Below, piece by piece: positions 1 to 12,800 of a stretch of 64,000 nt of DNA (positions are counted from its first letter, which is position 1; each line of letters begins with the position of its first letter). This DNA is from Asterias rubens (taxonomy: Eukaryota), in contig NC_047079.1 of assembly GCF_902459465.1 (NCBI RefSeq), forward strand, positions 10,292,001 through 10,356,000, read 5' to 3'. The notes beneath the pieces are model-generated. The model was not told the DNA's origin, did no database searches, and saw nothing but the letters and a program-made list of their open reading frames with translations. A program made the translations under genes and the position numbers.

Positions 1-857
1 AAAGGCAATACTGGAAGACCATCAGCCAATCAGAGACAACTGTCGGATGGAATCTCGGAATCAAGTAGTGATGGTTTCTTGGCGTGAACTTTAAGGTGTG
101 ATTCTTATCAAATGTAAAAACATTATAACATAAGGCTCCTAACATTTTTACTAAACTGTAGACATTAACGACTCAATTCGAACAGAAGTATAACAAGTCT
201 TTTTTACTAATATTGTTTTTTTTATTTGAAACTATTGTATACATTTTTTTATAAAACATGGTTTGTTTTTTATTATACATGTTAAAAACCTCTCAGATAG
301 TGTGTTTGTGAATCAGCTCTAAGAATTTTGAAACTGTGGATCAAGTTAGAGGAATGTACATTAAAGCATCCTTCTAAAGTTAATCTGTATAAATGTAGTG
401 TTGTGTATCGGATTCGTGTAAAGAAAACCGCAGTATTTTAGACAGTGTGGGACATGTGTGAACTAAGCTACTAGTGTAAACCAAATTTGCGTGATGCAAA
501 ACAAGTAAAACAAAGTTTTTTTTCCCCTGAGTTCTGTACAAAAAAAAATCAGTAGGCAAATCACTCGAGAAGGTGCAAAGGTTGTGGGTTCGAATCCCAC
601 CCAATTTGTTTTCCTGCGGATTTTTTTCACAAGACTCAGGAAAGTACTCAGTATACATAGAGTGATTAATACACATCGAAAGGTAAAAAAACAGCGTGAT
701 ATTCTTGATAACCGATGCAAAAATTCACATGGTTTTGTTCTTATTTTTGTGTGCCACTGAGACAATAAAACAACAGGCAGTTCAAACAAAAGATGAAACT
801 AAACTGGATGCAAGGAAATGCGGTGATGAAAGCGCCCTCACGCAGTCCAAAATACAG

Positions 858-3800
858 TCAATTGGGTTCATTGATCTTGTCCTCCTTGCTTGGGAGTTGG
901 TCCGAGTGATGAAGATGCAAATCTGAAAACCACCACAAAAAAAAAGTTGAACTTTAATTTAAAATCTGGGAAATTACCCTTTGAGAAAGCTATTGACGGA
1001 GTCAAAGACTCAGTGCCCAGTTGCATAAAGTTATTAAGCATGCATTATAATGGTGCTTAGCAAGAATAAGAAAAGAGCCAGTCACAAACACTTCATTACA
1101 CAGTTTGGAGGCTGGAAATCTATTTCTGCTAAACGGGTTTTGTATTTATGTATACAAGTATACCACTGGGCCCAATTTCATTAAGCCTGTAAGCACAAAA
1201 TCTCACTTTACACAGAATACTATGTAGTATTGGTTACTAAGCAAATTCAGGTTACCAGCCCAAATTACATGAGTTTGCAGAGTTGTGGCTGGTGCCCGAC
1301 TCAATTTTTGCTTAGCAAAGACATAATTGTCAAGCAGTATTTTCTGTTTTTTTTTACCAGGTTTATAAAATTGGGCTCATGTCATTTGGGTTAGTAAGCA
1401 GTTTCTGTTACTGCAGTTTTTGTACTGGGACAAAATATTTTGTGTCCTTAGACTAACCAAAAGTATTATATGGTTTATTGGTATTGGTACTTTAGTATTA
1501 GTGAGCTTTTGAGATTGAATGTAATTCATTGTTTTTAAAAATGTTTCATCTACAACTACTGACCCTGTTCTTGTCTTTCAATAAAATATTTAAAGGACAT
1601 GACAATTCTTGCTTAAAACCTTTTTTTTCTGTCTTAAAGACTTCACTGTTTCAACTGCAAAGTTTGAAAATGAAACCAATTCTCCAGCACTTTGGGGAAA
1701 GGCCATTTAAAGTTTGAATGCCATGCACATAGGACCATATTATCATTTTGATACGAGTTGAGAAGTCAGTAAGCCTTTTTGAGATATAATATCTGGAGTG
1801 CACTGTTAGCGTTGGGTGTATAGAGCAGGCCTTGAGTTAACTTGAGAATGCCATTTTCTTAAAGTCTATGCAAAACTTTTAATGGGGCACCATGGCTAAG
1901 ACCAGGGGCAACAGAGGCGTCTGCGGCTTTTGTGAAATTCCAATCCTAATACAGACAATTTACTCAAACCCAATACATGTACATGTACATGTAGTGTCAT
2001 AGTATTGTGTCAACATAATCTCAAAATGGCTTATTGTACATGTAGTTCAGTTCCAATTCTTTGAACTTACCTCTTTCGTTGTACGATACTTCTACAAGGT
2101 AGAGGCCACTTGGTGGCGCTGTGTTTCTGGCTTTGACGTGATCATTATTACGTGAATCAAGAACCTCTTGCAGGTCCTCTTTTGAGGTATGGCCAAGACC
2201 AACAGAGACAAGGGCTGATACCATTCGACGAATCTAATTGTGAAAAATATCAAGAAATACCAGTTATTAATATAAACCACAAGGGAATTGACTGTTAAAT
2301 GATTTCGGGGGTTGAACAAAGAATTGACTAGAGTGGGTTTCGAGCCAACGACCTCCGGATTAACGTCCCGGCGCTCTACCAACTAATCCTCGAACAAAGA
2401 TATTGACAAAATAGGGACACGCAAAATAGCTCAGTTTATAGAGCGCCGGCACGTTAATCCGGGGGTTTTCCCACTCTAGTCAATTCTTTGTTCAACCCCC
2501 GAAATACCAGTTAGCAAGAAAAACATTGATGGCTTTAGTTTTTCCGGAGGAGGTTTCAAAAGATAGGGTCTGTACTAGCTAGAGCATCTGACGTCTCACT
2601 TCAAGGCATGTGAATAATGCCAGATACTGTTTTTTTTTAAAGACAAGTTGTGAAGTTTTTATGATTTATGAGATCAATTTATGTAGCACCTTAAAAGCGT
2701 TTATAAGGTGCTGTGGTGTACTCAGCAGCCTGAAATAACAGGGGAGAACCCAGTCTCTAAACAATAGTTGTACTGGGTTACACAAAACACAGGACCAACA
2801 GCTTTAGGGTTGGGGGGGGGGGCAACTGACACGGAATAACCTTATCCCAAAAACCTTTCAAGTTGTTGTTAGGAGTTTCTCTTACCTGTCTATACAGGAA
2901 AGAACGGCTCCGAAACACAACCTCCAAGAACTTGATCTCTTCCGAATACTGCGAGCCATAATGATGACTAAGGAAGCCCTGTGAGGGCGCTATTTCGATA
3001 CTATCAATCGTTTTGATTGGTGACTTGACGACGCTCTCTTTGGAGCTACTCCTGAACGCCGAGAAGTCATGGGTGCCAAGAAAGATTTGAGATGCTTCTC
3101 TCATTGCCTCCACGTTCAACCTTAAAAATAAACATAATGAAATTATACAATTTGATTACTTTGCATGGTGGAAAGATGATATAGAAAGGTTTGCGGTAAC
3201 ACCATGTAATGATAATCTCTAAATGAGTTCGGGTGGTTCTGAAAAGAACCGTTGGTTTCAACTCAATATTTTTTTTATTAAAGAAACTGGTAATTACTCC
3301 ACTTTCTTTATAATTTTGCCTGTAAATTCAGTGTACATTTCAATCCATGCTATGCCACTTTGCCTTTCCCTTACATGTAAGTGATGTAGGTGCCTGATGT
3401 TTGGTCACATAATGGTCCAGGGGGGGATTTCACAAAGAGTTAAGACTAGTCTTATCTCGAGTTAGACTTAGGACTAGCCATACGTTATTAATATCTCCTA
3501 GGACTAGCCCTAACTCTTTGTGAAATCGACCACAGGATTCAAAGTAACCCCCAAAACTTGCCGTGGTGCCCTGTGCTTCTGCCATGGTGCCCTCTGGTTC
3601 CAATACAAGCTCACATTTCCCCATAGAAGTGCCCCCCTCCCAGAGGAAAGTTTCTTCGCCCTGATGGTCTGACAAGCTTTCAGTGAATACTCACTCATAT
3701 TTGACAGCCCAGCATCTGTCCATCTCGGTGACCGGCAGCGATCGATGATAACAACCCGTTGCTATTCTGTACAGGTATCTTCTGCTGACGGCTAGATGCT

Positions 3801-6244
3801 GGGAGTGAAACTCCTCTGGTACCTGCACTGCCTTGATGATCCTATGTAAAAAAGAACAAGAGTAAAAATCGGCTATCATTGTGGACGACACTAATAATAT
3901 ATAGGATTTGTAAGGTGCCAAAATCCACCAAAATAAGGTGCTCAAGGGCACGCACAAGAGGGAATCCTCACACAATCAACCTTATCCACAAGAGTGTCTT
4001 ATCTCGTCAGTTACTTTCCCCCAAGAATACCTTGCTTGATCATAACGCCCAAAAGTTTTTAAAGGTGGTGCGAAGAGCAGTTGCTTTTGTTTAGCAAATC
4101 AGCATTGTTTTTTCCCCAGCACTTCTGTACCAGGGGCTAGTGACGAGCAAGAGAGGTATCAACACAACAGGCTGCCCATAGTTTTCTATGAATTCTTTTA
4201 ATACAAACTTCTTGAAAATATAAATACTCTCAGCAGAACGATTTTAAATTTTAACGTGATACAAATAATGTTCAAATTAACATCAAAATATAATTGTGAT
4301 GTCATTATTAGTCACGACCGAACTTTCACCCAGAGCCTGGTGGTGAGAAGGTCATTGTGGTAGTAATGGGTATTCCTAGAATACTGAGGTGGGTGTGGAG
4401 GTCAGTGGTCAGTGACCTACCTGGACTCAAGGATGTGGTTCTTGCCTCATTCCAGGAATGACCACTCCTCAAGGAGTTGAAGGGAAATAAAAGAGGGATG
4501 GGGAAAGTAAAGGAGTTATTCTTATCTTGGGGACCAAAGGGTGCACTCCTATGTTAAAAGCCATATGTATAAATAAATAGACTGCATGCAGAAGAAGTTA
4601 ACAACAAATCGTCTTCCGTGAGTCTTTGTATTGAGTAATTCGTACGATTTATTTCTGAGGAGCAGTATCACCACAATAATTATAACTTGAGACAAGGTTT
4701 TTCGGGCCAAAAAATGAAGACAAAAATGGCATCAGGTAACATACTAACCTGACAGGCTCATTCCCAATGTGGCAATTAATACCTAACCTCAGACCATCAA
4801 GGTTAAATACTGGAGGCTTCTTTGGCGGTCGAACCAGATCAAAGTGTGCTGCATTGCACAAAGCGTGGACCCCGGAGTCAGTTCGGCTAGACACAAAGAT
4901 CTTCGGCGGTTGATATGGGTTCAACTTTTCCAATGCATTCTACGAAGTAAAGTAGAATAAACTTAAGTAGTTACAGTATATGGCTTTTGATTGGCAACCC
5001 CGAACAAAGACAATGACAAGTAATAGGGAGACCACCAACATACGGCTGGATAGTTTAGTAGGTAGAGCGTCAGTTGCTAATTCTGTGGTCATTGGTTCAA
5101 GTCCTGCTCCAGTATGTTTTCACTGTTCAAACCTAAACCTAAACTTAGCAATGTTATGGGAAACCAGACCCAGGCCTTTGGTTGAAACCATTGCCTCCGT
5201 TTTCCCCTGGTTTTTGGCCTTGGTGACTTATCCTATAAAGTTTCCCGTAGGTTTTCCCAATGGACGTGCCTTTTACAAAATGGTGGCCTTGCCTCGAGGA
5301 AATTCCAGCGCTGCAGACAATAAATACCAGCTATTGAAAATCACTTAGGGAATGTTATATCATTGGTTTTTGGGGGGGATCAAGTACTGGTTTTCTAAAA
5401 TAAGTACATAAATTATTAATGGTCTTCAAATTCTGGAAATTATTTATTGTACCTCGATGACATCCTGAACACCAACTAGACCAGTTTCTGCCGTTGTCTT
5501 CTTGGATGCTCTTACAACGCCACTTTAAAAAAAGGAAAACAAGTCAACGTTAATCATGTCGAAAGAGAAATGACCTGCCATTTAGTAGACGTTAGGACGG
5601 GTTACTCGTCCAAACTTGAGACAGATAGGATAAATCCTAGCATTTTCGTGAAATCGGCTGCTTGTGTCGCGTGTCACTACAGTAAACATGGTATAAACAG
5701 TGATGTACAGTTAGTGCAATTTAAAGGACCAATATTAAAAAAGGGATGAGGCGATCACCTGGATTCTTTATTATTTGGCTTATTTATTATTTTTACATGG
5801 TTGTTTAATATAATAATATGATTTTTTAAAGATTAAAAAACACAATAGAGGTGGAACCTAGTTGAGGGCCTTACAACGTACAGGAAGGAGTGATTATCAT
5901 CCTATTTGCCGAAATCTGAGTTTTGATACAACAACATGGCCAAATTGGTCGAGTCTGCAGAGTAGAGCTACACAACATGGCCATCACCACCCCCACCATA
6001 CATAGGCACCAGTTACTTCTAGAAACTATAATGCTCCCTCATTCTCACGGGGGAGCCTTCTAGTTTCTAGAGTAGAAGTAGGCACCAGTCATAATATAAC
6101 ACACATTCCTGTTGTCCACCACGACACCACGCTTGCGAATGCGAGCACATGAAATGAGCGACTCCCCAGCTGAAAATGAGTAAAATAAAACACCAACCAA
6201 TATTTTGTTCCGATGTACTGGAAATAAATCAAGTATCGAACCAT
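858..6244 (-). CDS. PUSL1: tRNA pseudouridine synthase-like 1 (TruA family), 7 coding exons, 305 aa
   Basis: Exons 6198-6244, 5453-5522, 4749-4939, 3695-3841, 2886-3120, 2071-2233, 858-922; all GT-AG, phases consistent, total 918 nt. Protein starts MVRYLIYFQYIGTKYCG and has catalytic SSRTDSGVHA, RRYLYRI, GTHDFSAF, RSFLYRQIRRMV and APPSGLYL motifs matching TruA/PUSL1. Confidence 0.95.
2267..2500. mobile_element. Fold-back tRNA-derived SINE-like element (two opposed tRNA-like modules)
   Basis: 36-bp perfect inverted arms 2302-2337 and 2470-2505; tRNA-like D, anticodon and T arms on both strands; 13-bp direct repeat GAAATACCAGTTA at 2254-2266 and 2501-2513. Single-module relatives near 5000-5135, 37840-37975 and 39740-39875. 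Confidence 0.8.
3421..3531. mobile_element. GATTTCACAAAG hairpin MITE with ACTAGT repeats; second copy 11721-11835
   Basis: GATTTCACAAAGAGTTA / TAACTCTTTGTGAAATC arms; related GGGCCCAATTTCAT-type ends near 1170-1380 and 16647-16815. Confidence 0.75.
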
Positions 6245-6816
6245 CCCTCTTTAGCTTTGCCTAGAATTGTCAGAATCTTTAAAACTGTAGTTAATCAAAC
6301 ACCACAGACATTTTTGTGTTGAGTTTTGAGAGCAGACGTCTTTTCCTTTCTCGACACACACCACGTTGTATACCGCCCTCTTGGGTTTGCTAAATATTTT
6401 ACCGAAAAGACCCAGACGTGCCCATTTGAAGTCGCCACGTAACGAGGTATATGGCACCAGACTATTCGTTGAAATCACGGGATACACCGACACGCAGCAC
6501 CAAAAACACATGGGACGATGTGTGCTTAGTGACTGGGGCGGGCGTCAGGTCTCAGGAGAAGGATGTCATACGGGTGTCATACGATTGTTAAATCAAGGTC
6601 TCTTTGCATGCTCTGCTGAAGTTATGGTTGTATGTACCTTGATGCAAAATACGGCTGCTGCACAGCACCAGCCACTAGACGTACTTAAACTTTTATATAA
6701 TTACTAACACTCTGTATTTAGTTAGCTTGTTTTGTTGGTGCCGGAACTTCACTTTCGTGATCTCTTTGCGTGGAGATCTCCCGGACGCCGCCGGGGTGGT
6801 ACAGCTTGCAGTTGCC
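6245..6816. promoter_or_regulatory. Putative bidirectional promoter between PUSL1 and the MFS gene
   Basis: Divergent ATGs at 6244 and 6817 are 572 bp apart; locally CpG-rich; CTCF-like ACCCAAGAGGGCGG on minus strand at 6373-6386. Confidence 0.7.
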
Positions 6817-9800
6817 ATGATGAAGTTAAAGACTAAAAAACGACTGACGAATGTGGCTCAAGCAATCTTCTTTTTACTCGGTGGAATAGAATATGGTATG
6901 TACAGGGAGTTTATTGTTTTTTTTATGTAAGTTGTAAACGACATTGTAACATTCGTAAATCCGGAAAACCGGGCACTCTGGGAAGTTAGTAAGTGCATGG
7001 AGAGGTAGAATTAGATCTAGCCCACCTTGTTGAGCTGTTAATGGCTCCGCTTTTAACATCGGTCTCATCACTGTCACCATAGCTGTTAATGAGACCGATG
7101 TTAAAAGCGGAGCCATTAGTTAACAGCTCAACAAGGTGGGCTAAATTTTACTAAGTTAGGTGGTGTTGACTGCTTTACCAAGTATTGCAAACTTTTTCAA
7201 TTGAACTTTCTTTCATAATTATTACAAGTGAAAAATCACTGAAATCGGCCCATTAATGGCCAAGTTCTTGCTTGGTCTTTGTTTTTTGTGTGTACCCAAC
7301 CATCATATTATAATAAAGCTCTCTTTGTGTTTGACATTCAGATATTTCCACTCCAATTTGAAGGGATTGATCAAATAGAAAATGGGGTACCAGTGCAGTT
7401 TTTGCCATCATGCACGGTGCGTATCAGGCCGATACACAAACAAGATTTTATAAAGATAAGACCATTTCTGGAGAATTGTCCTGTTGCAGTTTGCACAGTT
7501 GGGCTTATAAAACTCAAAGACAAACACCAAGTAAAAAAATATTGCAGGGCCCTTGTTTCAATTCAGTGTACTCGGGTCAGAATGCCCAACAGATTTAGAA
7601 AATCCCGGGAAGAGCCCTTGGGTGCAGTACTGGTGTGAAAATTATTGTAACACTGAGCTTTCAGATTAAAACTATTTAGTTTTTGTGTTTAAACTACCAA
7701 TCCTCAATCCAGTTCATTGTCTTAATAAATCCAAAATCATTTAAAGGGAAGGTACACATTTGGTAATTACTCAAAACAAACATTAACTTAAAAACTGACT
7801 TGGTAACTAGCATTGGAGAGCTGTTGGTAGTATACAACATTGTGGGAAACGACTCCCTCTGAAGTAATGTAGTTTTTGAGAAAGAGGTAACTTCTCACTA
7901 AAATAATAAGAAGACTAGAAGTCTTTCATTCCTGTCTGAAAGCACATAGATTCGTCCAACAAGGGTGTGTTTCCTTTCATCATTTTCTCTCAACTCAGAT
8001 GACCCATTGAGCTCAAATTTTCACAGATTTGTTATTTTATGCATTGTTGAGGTACAGCAAGTGAGAACACTGGTCTTTTACAATTACCAATAGTGTACCT
8101 TCCCTTTTATCATTCTATTTCTAAACTGTAGAACAGTGTTATCAATGTACTGTCAATAATTTGATCTATTTATCTATCCCATGGCCATCTTTATGGTCCT
8201 GTCCGGGTCAGTTGTGTCATCAATTTATGTAAAACCCTTAAGATAAAACAGATCAATTGGTTGTTTTTCTATTGACCTTTGAAAGATGACGAGATACTCT
8301 ACACGAATGGAGGTCTGTTAAAATATGTGCAAAATTGGCTGATAGGAGGGTTGGGGTGACATACATCACAATTCCCCATGTGTCAAAAGATCCCACTCCT
8401 CCCATGCACTGTTTAAAAGAGAACAGAAATTTTAACTGTGGGTCCAGGGCTAATACATAGAAAAAGATTTTGGGTCAAGTATTGTAAAAAGTATTTAAAC
8501 AAATTCTGGTCCAATAAAAGTTTTGAGCAACAAGAGATCTTTGGTCAAGTGGGGGAGTGGGAGTCTGGTGTGATGTGAGACCTCATCAAAATTGTGGAAA
8601 AAATTTACTGGTCTCTAAAACCCGCATTAAAATGGTGTGAAATTTGAGAGTGAAATTTGGCACAATCATGATATCATCAAACATCAAATAAGTCTGTACA
8701 TTCCAAACAGTTTATTTTTTTGCACCATTTTTTTTAACCCAGGATTAGAAACTTGTAAATATATTTTTGAATTTCCCCTAATTTTATAAGGACTCTTTCT
8801 ATTGGTAAACTTAAATGAGTGAATCACAGAACTGAATGGAGTCCCTCTTAAATTGGGGTACTTTTTGTAACACAAAACACAATGTCCACAGATTTACACT
8901 TAACTTACACAGTTTGAAGATAATGATATTGGAAGGCTTCCCTTCTTTGGTAGTTGCTCCTGTTTATTTGTTGTAATAGTTTCACATACGTGTATATAAA
9001 AACAGTATTTGTTATTTTGCCCCCAGCTGTTGTTTTGCCGACACTCAACGAGTACTTGGGTTCTCTCGATGGGGACGCTACCTTTTTCGGTATCGTCATG
9101 GCTGCATTCAGCTTCAGCGGTGTCTTAACATCCCCGCTCTACGGCCTCTTTCAAGATCGCTTCCATCGGACAAAAATTCTCATTTTATTTGCCAACTTGT
9201 TTGAAATTGCAGGTAAGTTTGGAAGGCTTTTCTAATAAGGTAATTTGTTGAGATATGGCTAGTATTCAGCTGGAGAAATAGCCTTTTTTTCTTGTGTGTA
9301 AAATTATTGTACTACCAGGCCTGTATGCTTCAATTTTTAAAGGGCAAGGGCACCAAGTCGTGTTCTACTTGGTAAAGGGCACCCTGTGAGGAAATTGTAA
9401 ATTTGTACTGGAGCATTTCAAGGGCACCAAGGCCAGGACCAGGGGCCACGGAGGCAATTGCCTTTGTTGCCTCTGTGAAATATGGGGCCTGCAATTTAAA
9501 AAAATTAATGTATACAAATTTTGAATTTTTTTTTTCAAAATTGACCCACCCTGCACCTACCCCAAGTTTGGAGGTTGTATCGAGTGGCAGGCTTGGTTCT
9601 TTGGGTGACCTCAAAGCTGGTGATGTCAAGGATAGTCCTTTGGTGTCTTGCATTGGTGGAAGGCCAGGGGTGCGTTCCACTCGCGCAAACGACTCGCAAC
9701 TGTTCACGCAAACGTTTTTTACCTTTTGAACGATTGGTGCGTATACGCGATGTCAACATGTCGGCGCCCTGAAATGAAGATGGCGCGCACCATATACGTA

Positions 9801-12800
9801 GTTTTTTTAAAACTTTGTTTTTGCTGCAATAGTCCTCTTTTTGACAGCATCACATCAACTAATTAACTTTGTTATTCCAAATCTGCATTATCATCCACCG
9901 AAAACACTGTAATTATGTTGGTGACAAAGAAATAATACCGTATGCTGGTCCACCATTTTAAAAACCACTCGCCAACACCTCCGAAGTATGTTCGCCTAAA
10001 GTTGCCAACGTTCGCCAACGGTGGCAGCGAACAACTCGTTCCACTTGAAATTGTTGGCGAACGTGCGCAACTGTTGGCAACGTTTGCGCGAGTGGAACGC
10101 ACCACTGGTCTTCTCACCATGGTTGACAGTCGGATTATTTATCCCCGATGCAAATTTAACATCTAGGGCCTATAATATATCATTGCGGTACCCGCTGCGA
10201 AAACATAGGATTCAAACTGCCTCTAGCTACTGGGCAGTCTCGGTAGTCTAGTTGGTAAGACACTGCTCTAGAATTGCAAGGGTCGTGGGTCCGAATCCCA
10301 CCCGTATAACATGCCTGTGATATTTGTTCACAGGACTCGGGAAAGTACTGAGTATACAGTGCTAACACACATCGGTGTATGGGTAAAAACAGTAGGATTA
10401 TTTAATAGTTTCAAGGCAGTAAGAACAAATTGTTGCTTTTTTCTTTATTTTTGAATGTGTTCTGGTTTGTTTTTCTTGACAGGCAACTTTCTGTATTTTG
10501 TTGGAGGCACCAAATATATGCTGCTTGGAAGTAGACTAGTTTCAGGTAATTGCTTGTTACGATTAATACATCAGAAAGATACGTTTATGACAATAGACGG
10601 ATTGCAATAGACATCATTGGCTGCCACCTTTGATGAATTGTGCACAAGTGAAGAGCTAATCATTGGCCACGTACACTCATGCACTTTTCATCACTTTTTC
10701 ATCCAAGATGGCGTTTATGACTCGTATTGCAATCCATCTATACATGTTCTATATCTTGGCTACTAAAACTTTCTGGGGGCAAGTATTTCTTGATCATCGG
10801 AGGACGGAATGAAAAACCTACGATTGTAGAGATTCATATATAACAAATACTTCAGTTAATAAATCTCTTCTTTTTAGGAGTGGGTGCTGGTGTCGGCTCC
10901 TCAATTTTTGCACAAATTTCGAGAACATCGACTGAAAAAGGGCGGGCATCAGCCCTTTCTACAGCCTCGGGGGCGAGGCAGATTGGTCTCCTCCTTGGCC
11001 CCGCCCTTAATTTTCCCCTCAACAGCTTGGACTTCTACATCGGGCCATTTCATGTCAACAAATTCTCCGGACCAGGGGTGAGTCAAGGGGAGACACCTGT
11101 TGTTGGTTTTGTTTTGAATCTTTTAAAAAGCATTTTATTACACAACCAAACAGCAGTAATGCCAATAATGGGCTGGTGGAGAGGAAACAAGAATGGTTAG
11201 ACAACCTTTGAGAAAGGGCAGGCACCCTATGAGGAAATTGTAAACTTCTACTGGAGCTTTTTAAGGGCACCAAGCAACACTGGCACCAAGGCACTGACCA
11301 GGGGCATGTAGGCAATCGCCTCTGTTGCCTCCGTGAAGTATCAGGCCTAGTTAGATTTAAGATGTGGAAGGGAAAACCCCAACAGAGGGGAAACAAACAC
11401 AATAGACCGATCCATTAAGCTCTGCCCATTTGCGTATTGACCAATCACAACGCAATGAAGGTCCGACAAATAAGGTCCGACATGCGTGCGCGTATGCTTG
11501 GCGCGCGCGGCACAGTTGTGCAGAAAGGCATTGGAGAGGCTCACGTGTTCTTGCTCACACGTGCGTCGTGGGCGTAGCCTAATGGATTGGTCTATTGGGT
11601 ATGGACTGAAAACCCAAACAACATGCAAGGCTCCAGTCTGAGGTGGGATTCACAGAGCAACATTTGCATCTTGCAGTCGGGGAGCTGAGAAAGATAATGG
11701 AATGTGATCGGTCCAATGACCAGGGGTTGATTTCTTAAAGAGTTAGGACTAGTCTTAACTTACATTATGTAGGACTAGTCCTGGGACTAACTCGAGATAA
11801 GACTAGTCTTAGCTCTTCGTGAAATCTACCCCTGGGCACAAATGTAAAGCGGATTGATACGATATTGTAAAATGATAATGCGCTATATAAAATCCAGATA
11901 TAAGAACTATTTATTATTATTAATAACTCACCAACAAATCTTGAATGTCTCCACAGATTCTTATGTGTATCTTGTATGTAGTTCTCGAGTTTGTGGTGTT
12001 ATTCCTATTCTATGACATACCACCTCTCGACAAGCAAGATATCATTCTTGCCGCAGAGGAGAATTCCGCACTTTCTCCCCCGAGCGGAAACGTCGCAATC
12101 GTTGACGGTAAGGATGGCCTTGAAAAAAGTCTGTATTCAATCAATGCGGATGGCATGAGTGACCTGCTAGATAATGCTAACAGCTCGGCTACTAACGGCT
12201 TGCGGCACTTGAATAGCGGACGTGTGGAAGACTACCAGCGGGACATGTGCAACAATGACAGCAGCGAGGACAGCTACGAGGAAAGAAACGACGACAAGAT
12301 TCACAAGATTTCACTGCTTGATGGTACATGTGAAAGCATTATTAATAAAACTGTTAAAGCCAAGTCACACTGCAGCAATAACAAAAACGATCACGACGCA
12401 AAGAGAACGCATCCTATTGGTTGAATGAGCGTGTGCAAATTCTGCGTGGAGCAATTCAACCAATAGAATGCGTTCTCTTTGCGTCGTGATAGTTATCGTT
12501 TTCGTTATCGCTGCAGTGTGACTCGGCCTTTAGAAACCGGGATGAATTTAAAGGACTGCTTAAATTTCTTTAGCTTGGAGCATAAGCTCATAAAACTTTC
12601 TTTTTATTACTTTCCATTAATGTGACACATCTTATTAATGATATTGGGCCACAAGGCTTCATGAAAAAGGAAGGTAAAAAAGGCTGGAAAATCATCTTCT
12701 ACATTAGCAGAACTGCTTGACTATGCATTCTGCATACTTCACTTTGGCTAGACAGCGATCTTTCTATTAAAGCAATTTTTCTGCCGAAAGGGGCTTAATT

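Noticed and set aside
12324-12424. C-terminal 33 aa of the 159-aa ORF at 11945
   Set aside because: Read-through past the exon-5 donor (G|gtacat at 12323) into a MITE.
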